DNA from: a virus
Lineage: Duplodnaviria; Caudoviricetes
Strand: one strand, 5' to 3'
Virus record (IMG/VR): IMGVR_UViG_3300030376_006487
Coordinates: 1-36,905 of that record
DNA: 36,905 nt
Shown piece after piece: positions 16,011-25,920 of the stretch. The number at the start of each line of letters is the position of its first letter. The first letter of the stretch is position 1. A program made the translations under genes and the position numbers. Under the pieces are notes generated by a model that searched no databases, was not told where the DNA came from, and worked only from the letters and a program-made list of their open reading frames with translations.

Positions 16011-16053
16011 TTCTTGACAATTAAGATAGTGATGATTATATTTTTGTCAAGAA
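16011..16053. promoter_or_regulatory. Overlapping bidirectional sigma70-like promoters in a 10-bp inverted repeat
   Basis: TTCTTGACAA...TTGTCAAGAA. Plus strand: TTGACA-17-TATATT. Minus strand: TTGACA-16-TATCTT. Confidence 0.75.
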
Positions 16054-16064
16054 AGAATTTTACT

Positions 16065-17513
16065 ATGATTGAACATTATAAATTTAAGACAAAGCCATAC
16101 GAACATCAATTGAAAGCTTTGCAACGTTCTTGGGACCAAGAAACATTTGCATTATTTATGGAAATGGGTACCGGAAAATCAAAAGTATTAATAGATAATA
16201 TAGCACTTTTATATGACAAAGGAGATATACAAAACGTTTTAATTATTGCACCAAAAGGTGTTTATAGAAACTGGTATGAAATAGAAGTTCCTGTTCACTT
16301 ACCGGAACATATAGAACATACAACAGTTTTATGGGAACCTAGTTTAACTCAAAGTAAGTTAGCGGAGCTCGATTCTTTATCACAAAACGATGGTAAGTTA
16401 AAGATATTTATTATGAATGTAGAAGCGTTTTCTACTAATAAAGGTATTGACTTCGCAGAGAAATTTTTAAACACTACAGTTGGGCGATCACTAATAGGAA
16501 TTGATGAGTCTACGACAATCAAAAATCCGACAGCCAAAAGAACCAAGAGTATTTTAAAACTTAGGGATTTAGCAAAGTATCGTAGAATTCTCACCGGATC
16601 GCCTGTTACAAAGTCTCCGCTGGATTTATATTCACAATGTTATTTTTTAGATGAATGGCATTTAGGATTTACATCTTATTATGCTTTCCGCTCACGATAC
16701 GCGCACATGGTCGAACGAAACTTTGGTGGCCGTCGCGTACAAATTGTTGGGTCCTATCGAAGACTGGATGAACTATCAGAAAGCCTTGATAAGTTTTCTT
16801 ATCGTGTCTTAAAAAAAGATTGTTTAGATTTACCAGAAAAAACTTTTGTCAAAAGAATAGTAGAATTAACTGATGAGCAAAAAAAATTATATGTATCCAT
16901 GAAAGCTGCAGCTATGGCAGAGCTCAAAGGTAAAACAATGAGCACCATAAATGTTATTACACAGATGATGAGGCTACATCAAATTACTTGTGGTCATTTC
17001 AAAGCTGATGATGGCACTGTCACTGAAGTGAAAAGCAATCGTATGAATGAACTACTATCAATTTTAGAAGAAACAGAAGGTAAGGTTATTATCTGGGCAA
17101 ATTATGTACATGACATAGAAAAAATTGTGGAAGTCTTAAAAAAAACCTACGGAAATGACTCTACAGTTGCATATTACGGTGCTATTGATGCAAACACACG
17201 TCAGAAGAATATCGCTCTGTATCAAGCTGAAAACGGAAATACAAGGTATTTTGTTGGAAACACACAAACCGGAGGCTATGGAATCACCTTAACTGCTGCA
17301 AACACTGTTATTTACTATTCGAACAACTATGACTTAGAAAAAAGACTACAATCTGAAGATAGAGCTCATAGAATTGGTCAAAAAAATATTGTTACCTACA
17401 TAGATTTAATTTCTGAGAAAACTGTTGACGAAAGAATCGTCAAAGCATTACGCAACAAGATAGATATTGCTAATGAGATTATGGGTGAAGAGTTAGTAGA
17501 CTGGATTAAATAG
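16065..17513 (+). CDS. SNF2-family (SF2) helicase
   Basis: YEHQ, MEMGTGKS, DEST, LTGSP, GGYGITLTAA and QSEDRAHRIGQ motifs; probable start MIEHYKFK downstream of the promoter. Confidence 0.93.
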   Translation: MIEHYKFKTKPYEHQLKALQRSWDQETFALFMEMGTGKSKVLIDNIALLYDKGDIQNVLIIAPKGVYRNWYEIEVPVHLPEHIEHTTVLWEPSLTQSKLAELDSLSQNDGKLKIFIMNVEAFSTNKGIDFAEKFLNTTVGRSLIGIDESTTIKNPTAKRTKSILKLRDLAKYRRILTGSPVTKSPLDLYSQCYFLDEWHLGFTSYYAFRSRYAHMVERNFGGRRVQIVGSYRRLDELSESLDKFSYRVLKKDCLDLPEKTFVKRIVELTDEQKKLYVSMKAAAMAELKGKTMSTINVITQMMRLHQITCGHFKADDGTVTEVKSNRMNELLSILEETEGKVIIWANYVHDIEKIVEVLKKTYGNDSTVAYYGAIDANTRQKNIALYQAENGNTRYFVGNTQTGGYGITLTAANTVIYYSNNYDLEKRLQSEDRAHRIGQKNIVTYIDLISEKTVDERIVKALRNKIDIANEIMGEELVDWIK

Positions 17514-17967
17514 CCGACGCGTATTCTGTTTTGCCTTGTTTGTTTTTAAAAGCAATTAAATACTGACCACGGTTATCGTTTGCTTTGTGTGAGCAATGTA
17601 TCCAACCACTGTTTGGATCTTTGCCATCAAAAAATTCTAAAATTAATTGATCGTAAGGTAAGTTCTCATCTATCCAATCAGCAACTTCTTTATTAGAGAC
17701 TCCAGGTATTTCAAAGTCTACTGCTTCTCCTTTGGCATGTTGTGATTTACTAGAAGAACCAATCGCTTCACAAAGTTCAACACTTCTAAATCCTGATGTA
17801 ATAATAACCGGTCGATCAAATGTTGTTCGAATAGGTTCTAATATATTTAAACAAATCATTTTCATATTATACAACTGAGTATCGTCTGGCTCATTATTTA
17901 TTCCTTTTCGTAGTGCTGTTTGTGATTTAATAAATTCTTGGTAACTAAAGTGTTGTGATAGTTTCAT
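17506..17967 (-). CDS. Peptidase M15-family endolysin (Zn-dependent peptidoglycan peptidase)
   Basis: LSQHFS..EF, ITSGFRS, SQHAKGEAVD and WIHCS motifs. Confidence 0.9.
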   Translation of the reverse strand: MKLSQHFSYQEFIKSQTALRKGINNEPDDTQLYNMKMICLNILEPIRTTFDRPVIITSGFRSVELCEAIGSSSKSQHAKGEAVDFEIPGVSNKEVADWIDENLPYDQLILEFFDGKDPNSGWIHCSHKANDNRGQYLIAFKNKQGKTEYASAI

Positions 17968-20900
17968 TATACTCTCCTATTAATTCTCTGTGCTATCGCT
18001 TGTTCTCCTGGTGATAGTAGAGTTTGTTCAGCTTGTGTTAGTTTTGTTACAGGATTGACTACATTAACATTTGCTAAATTTGTTGTTGATGCTACATCCG
18101 GACTGGGTGTTGCTGGTAGCGGTGGAGTTTGTATCTCTGTTTCTGCAACTTGAGCATTAGCGCTAGGTATCAAAGATAAACTTGCTTGCTTTTCTGTAGG
18201 TGGAACTTCTATTTCAAATTTTTTACGTTCAAAATTTCTAATTACGTTATCTAAATCTCTTCTAGGGTAATAATAATTTCTATCTTTTTCTCTTGTAAAG
18301 ATTTCTACATCTCTCTTTTTTTCTAATCTTTTAAGTTCTTTTATCTTTTTTCTAAACAATCCAGAACTGTAATTAACTGGAGTGAATCTACCTTTTAATA
18401 AATTATTGATTCTTTTACCAGATATTTTTCTGTCTTTCATAATTTTTCTTAAATCTCTATCTGATACACCAAATTTTCTAGCTGTTTCTATTGCTTGATG
18501 AATTTGTAATTGTTGTCTAAAAGCTTCGTTCTGAATATTAATAAAGTCATTAACCATTTCTGAAGGATCTCTTGTAGGCCAATTATCTGTAGAATAAAAG
18601 TCTTCTGTTTCAAATACTTCTTTTTGTATTCTGTTAAAATCTGTCAAAACATAGTTCAATGTTTTTTGAATGTCCGCATCAATAACACGTACACCAGTAA
18701 ATAAGTTTGTTAATTCCACAAAGGGATCATAGTCTTTGGCGCCAGTAAAACCTTGACCTATTCTTCTAAAGGTCCTTGTTGCACCAGGTTCAATACCTTC
18801 GATAATATGTCCTAGAGATTTTATTACTTTATCAGATCCATCATCACTATCAGAATATATTTTTGTTCCTGTTTTTGTAACACCACCTCGACTACCAACA
18901 CCATAACCAGCAGGTAAAACATCAGCTATTTTTTCAAATAAAATAGATTCAGAAACAAACGGACTAATTAATTGATTGATAGGACCTGTAACAAATTCAT
19001 ATAACAAACTATCTTGTGCTTCTTTAGGCGATATTTCTCTTTGTTTAAGGATGTTTGTCATGGCTCTAAAAGGAGCAGTTACAACATCATAAGGACTAAA
19101 ATAAGAAAAGTTTATCATTTTAAATAAACCTTTTTCTGGTTTGCTAATAGGAATTAAATTTGAGTTTTTTTCCCAACTAGCTCCATAATCTCTTTTGTAA
19201 TCATCAATCATTTCATCAGTAACACCACTAAACTGCTCTGCTATTTTAGATACAGCTGCATCTGCTCCACCTAAAACAGTGCCTGCTCCAAACAATCGAC
19301 GATATCCCATCTGTCTCATTTTAGGATTTTTTGATGCAATCTCTCTCATTGATAATTCTAATATATTGTAAGTTGTTCTAATCATTTCCGCAGGAAACGA
19401 TACAAAGTTTCCAAGAGGAAGTTTTCTTAAATTTTGAATAACTTTTGGAACTTTACTATAAGTTGGATAAGTATTTCTAATATACCAAGCAGCAGCTTCT
19501 TCAATCGCTTCATCTAAATTTTTTCCAACAACATTATATTCTCTTCCAACAATTTCTTTGAACCAAGCGGCTACATCGTCTGTTGTTTTGAAAACACTTT
19601 TTAATTGTGATTTCATATACTCATGACCATACCACTTCCATAAATTATCACCACCAGCATAGACCCTAGTAACGTCTTTCATAAATTTAGTGTTGGCTAA
19701 TTTATTAATAATTGTATCTGTGTTATCAATTGTTCCTGATTTAATTTCTTTTAGAACAGCTTGTAATTCAGAGGCCACGATGTTTTCATCAATGACACCT
19801 AATTCTATTTTTCTACTTATATTATCAATTAATTCTTTTTCGTTTAATACTTTTCCTGCTCCAAAGATATCATCTAACACCATTTTCAAAGCATTAGGAA
19901 CAGAACCCATACCACCAATATGTCCATTAGCTAAAGGAAAGAAACTCGCAGAAGTCACGTTTCGAACTTGTGTGGCTGGAGATAGAACTGTTTTACCAAA
20001 CTGAACTAAAGTTTTTCCTTGAAGTGCTAAATTATATAAACTGTTTTGCATTAACTTATCTAAAAATCCTTTACTACCTCTCAGCGCTTCAGCTAATTCA
20101 TTAGAAGCATAAAGCTTTCCTAAATCATTACTTTGTAATAAACCCAAACCCGGTAATCGTACAATTTGTTTAGCATCTAAAATTCCTGATGCACGAGCCG
20201 CGGCTCTCGTTTCGAACAACCATCCTTGTCTTTTCCCTAGTTCTGCTAACTGATCAAATAGTTTTTTATTGGTTGTACTTGTAATCATACCAGTGACTGT
20301 TTGTAGAACAGAAGATTTTAAGTTTTTTTCTTCACCTAATAATTGCTTGATGACATCAGGTAATTCATCTCCTGTTTTTAAAAATTCATCACTTCTTAAA
20401 ATATCTTTTGCGATAAACTGTAATGTTTTTAGTGGATCGTCAGCGTTTGTTTTACCTTGCTGTAAAATATTTTGTGTTAAAATTTCAGCATAGTCTTTCA
20501 ATGCTTCTTCCGCAGGTAAGTCAGGGTTAGATTTAACAGCAGCTTCGACTAAATCTTTGTTTTTTCGAACAACATTTTGTGTGACCCAACTAACTGCTTT
20601 GTTAAAAGTTTCTTCCGGGGGTTTGTAAGATGAATTAGTAAATATACTAAAAGATTTTCTCATATATCCAGCAACATTATCTAAAATAAAAGTTTTTAAA
20701 TCACCTTCAGGTAAGGCATCTCCAAAGGTTTGCTTTATTTTTATTAACTCATCGTTAAGATTTTTAGCAGTGCCTCTTAATTGTTCCGGTAAACTATTTA
20801 ACTGTCTTTGTCCTTTTAAATACTCTAAGACATAGTCTAAATATTGTGTTTGTTGAGCCGGAGAACTTGTTGCATTATCATATTGGTTATTAAAAGATTT

Positions 20901-22115
20901 AGCTAAGTTATAAGCTTTCTTTTCTATTGACTCTAAATATTTTTCTATTTTTCTTGATTGACCTTTGATATATCTTGCAGCACCTGAAGTTAAGTTAAAC
21001 TGCTCTCCTGTTTCTTTACCCACAGAACGAAAAGCGGATAAAAAATCGTCTAGTTTTTTTAGTCTTGCTTTTAAAGGATCAGCACTTTGTATAGAAAATA
21101 ATCTCCATTGTTGAAATGGAGGTAGTTTTGTAAAAGGTAATTTTCTAACAGCAATAGGAGCTAATATCTTCTTTAAAAAAACTTCTCCTCCTGCTTTAAT
21201 GCCTTTAGAAATTGTGGGTATGACAACAGGATCTTTTGATAATAAATAAGAAGCTGGACTGATAACTAAAGTATCTGCTGCTTTTAAACCTATACCCGCT
21301 ACTTTTGCAGCAGGTTTAAATAAACCATACTTAAAACCAATCGCTGCGGGTTTTCCCATTAAAGAAATACCACTACCTAAAACAAAACCTTCTTGTCCAT
21401 ATAATAATCTATTTTTTAATCTAGCTGCAGCTAATTCTCTTCCCTCCAAACCTTCTGTATCTACTAATTTTTCTTCTCTAAAAGGAACAGGTGCATCAGG
21501 ACCACTAGCAATAAAATCTGTAGCGGCACCCAAAGAACCAAAACCAATCGCTCTTTGTGCTACATTTGTAAATTTATTTTTTGATAAATAATTTACTAAT
21601 CTACTTGCACCAGGTATTAATTTTTTAGCTCTGCTTCCAACTTTTAATACAACAGAACCAGGTAATCCATATTCAACTAAGAGAGAAGTGATATCCCCTA
21701 CTGCATCTTCTGGTTGTTCTGGTTTGTAATTATTATATATCTCATCTACTTTTTTTGTAAGTTCTGTGTCTAATGCGATATCAACTCCACCAAACAATAA
21801 ATCTGCAAAGCTGTAAGCTACTCTTGCTTGACCAGCGTTGATACCTTTTCTGACTTCATCTATCCAACTATCAGCATCTTGCTCATTTAATTTTCCTTCT
21901 TCTTCTAATTTTTTTTCAAGTTCTTCTTTAGCAAATGTAATACCACTGACCTCTAGAGGATTTAATGGATTAGGTAATTCTTTAACATTCTCTATAAAAT
22001 TTTTCCAACTGAAAATTTTTTTTTCTGGTTCGGGATTTAATTGATCTTTTGTTGCGTCTTTAACATTTTGAGCAGTGATTTGATATTTATCACCGAGTCT
22101 TCTTACAAAAGACAT
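17967..22115 (-). CDS. Large internal virion / DNA-ejection protein (1382 aa)
   Basis: Size, helical composition and position as last gene of the podovirus-like virion module; no catalytic motif recognised. Confidence 0.65.
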   Translation of the reverse strand: MSFVRRLGDKYQITAQNVKDATKDQLNPEPEKKIFSWKNFIENVKELPNPLNPLEVSGITFAKEELEKKLEEEGKLNEQDADSWIDEVRKGINAGQARVAYSFADLLFGGVDIALDTELTKKVDEIYNNYKPEQPEDAVGDITSLLVEYGLPGSVVLKVGSRAKKLIPGASRLVNYLSKNKFTNVAQRAIGFGSLGAATDFIASGPDAPVPFREEKLVDTEGLEGRELAAARLKNRLLYGQEGFVLGSGISLMGKPAAIGFKYGLFKPAAKVAGIGLKAADTLVISPASYLLSKDPVVIPTISKGIKAGGEVFLKKILAPIAVRKLPFTKLPPFQQWRLFSIQSADPLKARLKKLDDFLSAFRSVGKETGEQFNLTSGAARYIKGQSRKIEKYLESIEKKAYNLAKSFNNQYDNATSSPAQQTQYLDYVLEYLKGQRQLNSLPEQLRGTAKNLNDELIKIKQTFGDALPEGDLKTFILDNVAGYMRKSFSIFTNSSYKPPEETFNKAVSWVTQNVVRKNKDLVEAAVKSNPDLPAEEALKDYAEILTQNILQQGKTNADDPLKTLQFIAKDILRSDEFLKTGDELPDVIKQLLGEEKNLKSSVLQTVTGMITSTTNKKLFDQLAELGKRQGWLFETRAAARASGILDAKQIVRLPGLGLLQSNDLGKLYASNELAEALRGSKGFLDKLMQNSLYNLALQGKTLVQFGKTVLSPATQVRNVTSASFFPLANGHIGGMGSVPNALKMVLDDIFGAGKVLNEKELIDNISRKIELGVIDENIVASELQAVLKEIKSGTIDNTDTIINKLANTKFMKDVTRVYAGGDNLWKWYGHEYMKSQLKSVFKTTDDVAAWFKEIVGREYNVVGKNLDEAIEEAAAWYIRNTYPTYSKVPKVIQNLRKLPLGNFVSFPAEMIRTTYNILELSMREIASKNPKMRQMGYRRLFGAGTVLGGADAAVSKIAEQFSGVTDEMIDDYKRDYGASWEKNSNLIPISKPEKGLFKMINFSYFSPYDVVTAPFRAMTNILKQREISPKEAQDSLLYEFVTGPINQLISPFVSESILFEKIADVLPAGYGVGSRGGVTKTGTKIYSDSDDGSDKVIKSLGHIIEGIEPGATRTFRRIGQGFTGAKDYDPFVELTNLFTGVRVIDADIQKTLNYVLTDFNRIQKEVFETEDFYSTDNWPTRDPSEMVNDFINIQNEAFRQQLQIHQAIETARKFGVSDRDLRKIMKDRKISGKRINNLLKGRFTPVNYSSGLFRKKIKELKRLEKKRDVEIFTREKDRNYYYPRRDLDNVIRNFERKKFEIEVPPTEKQASLSLIPSANAQVAETEIQTPPLPATPSPDVASTTNLANVNVVNPVTKLTQAEQTLLSPGEQAIAQRINRRV

Positions 22116-22116
22116 T

Positions 22117-23199
22117 TTACTCCTCCTGAGGTAGAACTAGGTTTACGTTGTATCTTTTATTGAAGCTGTCTACATCAGATTGTGTTCTGATATTTGCAAA
22201 GTCGGATAAAGCTTGATTGCTTTGTGATATTAACATTACAATATCATTAGTAATTTCTTGTGGAAGTCTGGATCTCAAATCTCCAAAAGATAAATTTTCA
22301 ATTTGTTGTGTAGCTGTTTCTTCTTTCACAGGAGTTGCTTGTGTGGTCATACCACCTTCTTCCATCTTTACTCGACCACCTTTTTTGTAAGAAGAACCTA
22401 ATGTTTCTTTTACTAATCTCATGACTTCCGCATAGTATCCTGTATCTGTAGGATTCCAGTTTTCACCTGTTGCAGGATTAATATTTTCTTCTAACATTTC
22501 TGCAACATCACCAAATAAATATTTACCTTCATCAGATTTCAAGAACGCTTCCATGATAGGATCACTTTCAGTTAAAACAGATAACTGTGATTGTTTTAAA
22601 TCTATTTGTCTTTTAATTTCTTCTCTTTCATCTCCTTCACTAAGTGATAAATTTTTATTTAACTCATTAATATCAGTTGTTAATTCACCTATCATTTCAA
22701 TTTTTCTTTCTATTTGATAACCTGCACCAGTAGTTTCTGCTTTTTTCAAAGCTTCTTTTCCAAGTTGTTCGTAAGCGGCTTCAATGTTTCCTGCTTTAAT
22801 AGCTAAATCTCTAAGGTCTGCTTCTTTTGTTTTGTCTTTTCTAGCTTGCATACTTGCTGATATGTCACCAAGCGCATCTGAAGCAGATCCGGCTAGTTTT
22901 TGTGCAAAAGTTTCATCACCACCTTTGGTAGCAAATTCAAAAGATCTTTGCGCTAGATTAAGAAGTTCCGGTCTTGTTAAACCAAAAGTTGTTTTTGTTT
23001 CTGGTCGATCAAAAAGACCCATAGATTTTTGTAATTCTAATAATTTTTCTGCTTCGGATTGCACACGACCCATATCTATACCACTGTCACCACCGTTCGA
23101 GTACCCCGGTCTATCGTCTAATCCAGATGTAATCCCCGTTCCGCGGCTCTCGATCTTGCCGCCACCTCTAAACATTGGTCTTCTTAAAGTTCTACTCAT
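22117..23199 (-). CDS. Putative internal virion protein (360 aa) with xxGG motifs
   Basis: RRPMFRGGG, PGYSNGG and YKKGGRVKMEEGG; lies between other ejection-type genes. Confidence 0.6.
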   Translation of the reverse strand: MSRTLRRPMFRGGGKIESRGTGITSGLDDRPGYSNGGDSGIDMGRVQSEAEKLLELQKSMGLFDRPETKTTFGLTRPELLNLAQRSFEFATKGGDETFAQKLAGSASDALGDISASMQARKDKTKEADLRDLAIKAGNIEAAYEQLGKEALKKAETTGAGYQIERKIEMIGELTTDINELNKNLSLSEGDEREEIKRQIDLKQSQLSVLTESDPIMEAFLKSDEGKYLFGDVAEMLEENINPATGENWNPTDTGYYAEVMRLVKETLGSSYKKGGRVKMEEGGMTTQATPVKEETATQQIENLSFGDLRSRLPQEITNDIVMLISQSNQALSDFANIRTQSDVDSFNKRYNVNLVLPQEE

Positions 23200-24047
23200 T
23201 ATGTGTTCATCGCTCCTATGATACTAGCGATACCTCCTCCAATACCTAAAATATTTTGTAAAGGGCTAGGTGGTTGCTGTGTTGTTGTTTGATATGTTTG
23301 TTGTGCGGGATATCCACCGATTAATCCTGTTAATTGTTGTCCTACAAAACCTAATCTTTGTTGTTCTTCAAAAGCTTTTTCTCTTGCGGCCTGAGCTTGA
23401 GCATCTAGAATTGCTTGTGACTGAGCCTGTTGACCAGTGCCTAATTGTTGTAATGCAGTGATTTCTTGTTGCGCTAATTGTGGCGCTAATTGTGCTAATC
23501 CTTGTTGTTGTGTTGACAAAGCTTGTTGTTGACCAAAAGCTTGAGCAGCTTGTTGCTGTGCATTTTGAAAAGCTTGAGCTCGAAGTTGTCCTTCTAACTG
23601 AGCTTTACCCATAGCAGTTTCCGCATCAAAAACACCTTCTTGAACGGCTTGACGACCACCACCAAAAGCACCTAGTTGTGCTGCTTGTGTTCCTATTTGT
23701 TGTCTAGCAACATCTCGTTCTCTTTGTAATGCAGCAAGAGAAGTATCAATAACTTCTTGCTGATAAGGAGACATAAATTCTTGATACGCTTGTGGTCCTA
23801 CAAATTGTTGTGCTCCTGTGGCTTCGGCACCGGCTTGAGCTAGAAAAGGTTCAAATGATCCAAGGCCCGCGGCTTGTTGATATGCTTGTTGTTGTAACGG
23901 GTCTTGCGCAGCAACGGTTGGAGCATAAGAAGCTGTATCCATAGCGTTAGCAGGATTCAGTAAAGGCATCAGTCTTTCTGTCAGTGTTGTTCCCGCCGCC
24001 TCTATAAACGGCGCGGGTTTCGTCGTGGTAATAGTTTCGTCTGGCAT
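23199..24047 (-). CDS. Q/A-rich putative DNA ejection (pilot-like) protein
   Basis: FMSPYQQEVID and GAFGGGR motifs, long Q/A helices, hydrophobic Gly-rich C-terminus. Confidence 0.6.
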   Translation of the reverse strand: MPDETITTTKPAPFIEAAGTTLTERLMPLLNPANAMDTASYAPTVAAQDPLQQQAYQQAAGLGSFEPFLAQAGAEATGAQQFVGPQAYQEFMSPYQQEVIDTSLAALQRERDVARQQIGTQAAQLGAFGGGRQAVQEGVFDAETAMGKAQLEGQLRAQAFQNAQQQAAQAFGQQQALSTQQQGLAQLAPQLAQQEITALQQLGTGQQAQSQAILDAQAQAAREKAFEEQQRLGFVGQQLTGLIGGYPAQQTYQTTTQQPPSPLQNILGIGGGIASIIGAMNT

Positions 24048-25492
24048 TAGACTCTAGCCTCCAATTTGTGCATTAAATCATACATTCTTTTTGCCCCTTT
24101 GTTAACACTTCCTCCACCGGCAGCTCTCACTGCATCAGCGGTCATAACAAATTCGTTCTTTGATAATCTTGCAGGAACATCGTCGGCTTTTTCTTTAACA
24201 CCAATCGGTACAAAACCTCCTGGTCTTAAATCCATTTCAGCTGGCATACCACCTGTTTTTAAGTTCATAATACCACCGTCTGCTTTGTAAATACGTCCGC
24301 CCATAGCTTCTTTAACACGACCTTCTTCTCGTGGTTCCATAATCTGATCAATCATATCATCACTCACAGAACCCTCTGGAGGATTATCTAATTCCATACC
24401 AATACGCATTTTATATTCTTCTAATTCTTGCATGGCTTGTTTGGTAGCCATTTCATCTGCTTTTTGCATTTGTTCCATACTATAAGCACCGGTTCCCGCT
24501 TCGGCATCAAACATATCACTAAGTATTTCTTTTTTACGTTCTTCAAACATTCTTTGCATAATTTCTTCAGTAGGTCTACCAATACCAAATTTGGCTAAAA
24601 AGTTAGTTACCGTAGAACCACCTATTTTATACCCAATACGTCCGCCGTTTGCTTTGCCCTGACCAAATAAACCTTCGTATATTTCTATAATTTCATCGTC
24701 TGTTTTATCATCTAAATCTTTTCCACCGAAACCACCGCCACCGGCGTCTATAATTTGATTTTTCATTATAAGAATTTTCATGTCTTGCATGGAATCACCT
24801 AATGTTCCACTACCACCACTGGAAAAACCAACGCGGCCCCCGGTCTTATATCCATAACGAGATAATGCATCGTCAATTTCAGATTGACTGAATCCTGCCA
24901 TACCCATGTATCTTGAAATATAATCTATTCTTGATTGTCTGTCCGCAGCGGAATCAGCTTCTCGACCGGCCATTTCTTCCTCATATTTTCTTCTAGCTTC
25001 TTCTGCTGCGTCGTACGCGGATATTGTTCCACCTGCTGTTGCAGCAGCGCTTGCACTTTTTCCAAGGCTACTTAAAACTTCTTCTTCACCAATTCCTTCT
25101 GTTAGTTTAAATTTTCCATCTCCGCTTATTTCTGTTGGAGCTAACAGTGTACCGGCATCAGTAAAAGCACTTTTTGCTTTGTCACCCAGATCCATTCCTA
25201 AAAACTGTCCACTTTGTCCAACGTTTTTAAAATATTGTCCACCGCCCCCCATTAAAGCAGATACGGCTGCGGTTCTTGGATCAACTTTACCTTTAGTTAA
25301 TAAATCAACACCAGCTGATGTTAAACCAGAAGCTAAGGCTTTACCTCCTAAAGTGCTCATGATACCTGTTCCAAGAGCTCCACCTAAAAATTTTCCAACA
25401 AGAGGACCACCAAACATAGAAGCTGCGATAGGTAAAATAGGTTGTATTTCTTTTGGTATAATTCTTCTAACTGCTTTACTTATTGATCCCAT
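24047..25492 (-). CDS. Putative internal virion protein with Gly-rich hydrophobic N-terminus, GG repeats and DDVPARLSKNEFV domain
   Basis: Composition, repeated GGR(V/I)G(Y/F) motifs and position in the virion module. Confidence 0.6.
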   Translation of the reverse strand: MGSISKAVRRIIPKEIQPILPIAASMFGGPLVGKFLGGALGTGIMSTLGGKALASGLTSAGVDLLTKGKVDPRTAAVSALMGGGGQYFKNVGQSGQFLGMDLGDKAKSAFTDAGTLLAPTEISGDGKFKLTEGIGEEEVLSSLGKSASAAATAGGTISAYDAAEEARRKYEEEMAGREADSAADRQSRIDYISRYMGMAGFSQSEIDDALSRYGYKTGGRVGFSSGGSGTLGDSMQDMKILIMKNQIIDAGGGGFGGKDLDDKTDDEIIEIYEGLFGQGKANGGRIGYKIGGSTVTNFLAKFGIGRPTEEIMQRMFEERKKEILSDMFDAEAGTGAYSMEQMQKADEMATKQAMQELEEYKMRIGMELDNPPEGSVSDDMIDQIMEPREEGRVKEAMGGRIYKADGGIMNLKTGGMPAEMDLRPGGFVPIGVKEKADDVPARLSKNEFVMTADAVRAAGGGSVNKGAKRMYDLMHKLEARV

Positions 25493-25916
25493 AATGTTCC
25501 TTTGTATATCTTGTTACAACTCTTGTGATAACCTCATCATCAGTTATTCTCAACCATTTTACAGGTTTATTACATCCAAGTAAATTAGTAAAGTATTGTT
25601 TTGTCCATTTCATAACAGATTTCACATCATCAACGCAAATTGTATCAATGTGCCAGGGAATGTCTCCACTGTTGTAATCTTCAGGGTTTAATTCGGCGGT
25701 TGTCATAAATCGTTTTTCTGCATCCTCATTTAAAAATGCCCAGTTTGTAAAGGCATAAGGTAGCTCATTTCTATAGTGAATCTTATACTGATTCATACTA
25801 ACAGATGGGGCTATATGTTGAAGCACGTCCTCGAACGTGTGATCTTTGTAGCGAGGAAACAACTTATAAAGTCCATAAGCTACGGTAATATCGTATAATT
25901 TACCGATATCTGACAT
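25476..25916 (-). CDS. HlyC/CyaC-like (RTX toxin-activating lysine acyltransferase, TAAT) homologue
   Basis: IAPSV..NQY, PYAFTNWAFLNEDAEKRF and EDYNSGDIPWHID align with recalled HlyC motifs LPAI..NQY, PVAYCSWANLS.E.E.KY and EDWTSGDRKWFID. Confidence 0.8.
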   Translation of the reverse strand: MSDIGKLYDITVAYGLYKLFPRYKDHTFEDVLQHIAPSVSMNQYKIHYRNELPYAFTNWAFLNEDAEKRFMTTAELNPEDYNSGDIPWHIDTICVDDVKSVMKWTKQYFTNLLGCNKPVKWLRITDDEVITRVVTRYTKEHYGINK

Positions 25917-25920
25917 AGTG

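Noticed and set aside
25476-25916. Phage-borne RTX toxin operon
   Set aside because: Neighbouring proteins lack GGxGxDxLx nonapeptide repeats, and there are no HlyB/HlyD transporter genes.
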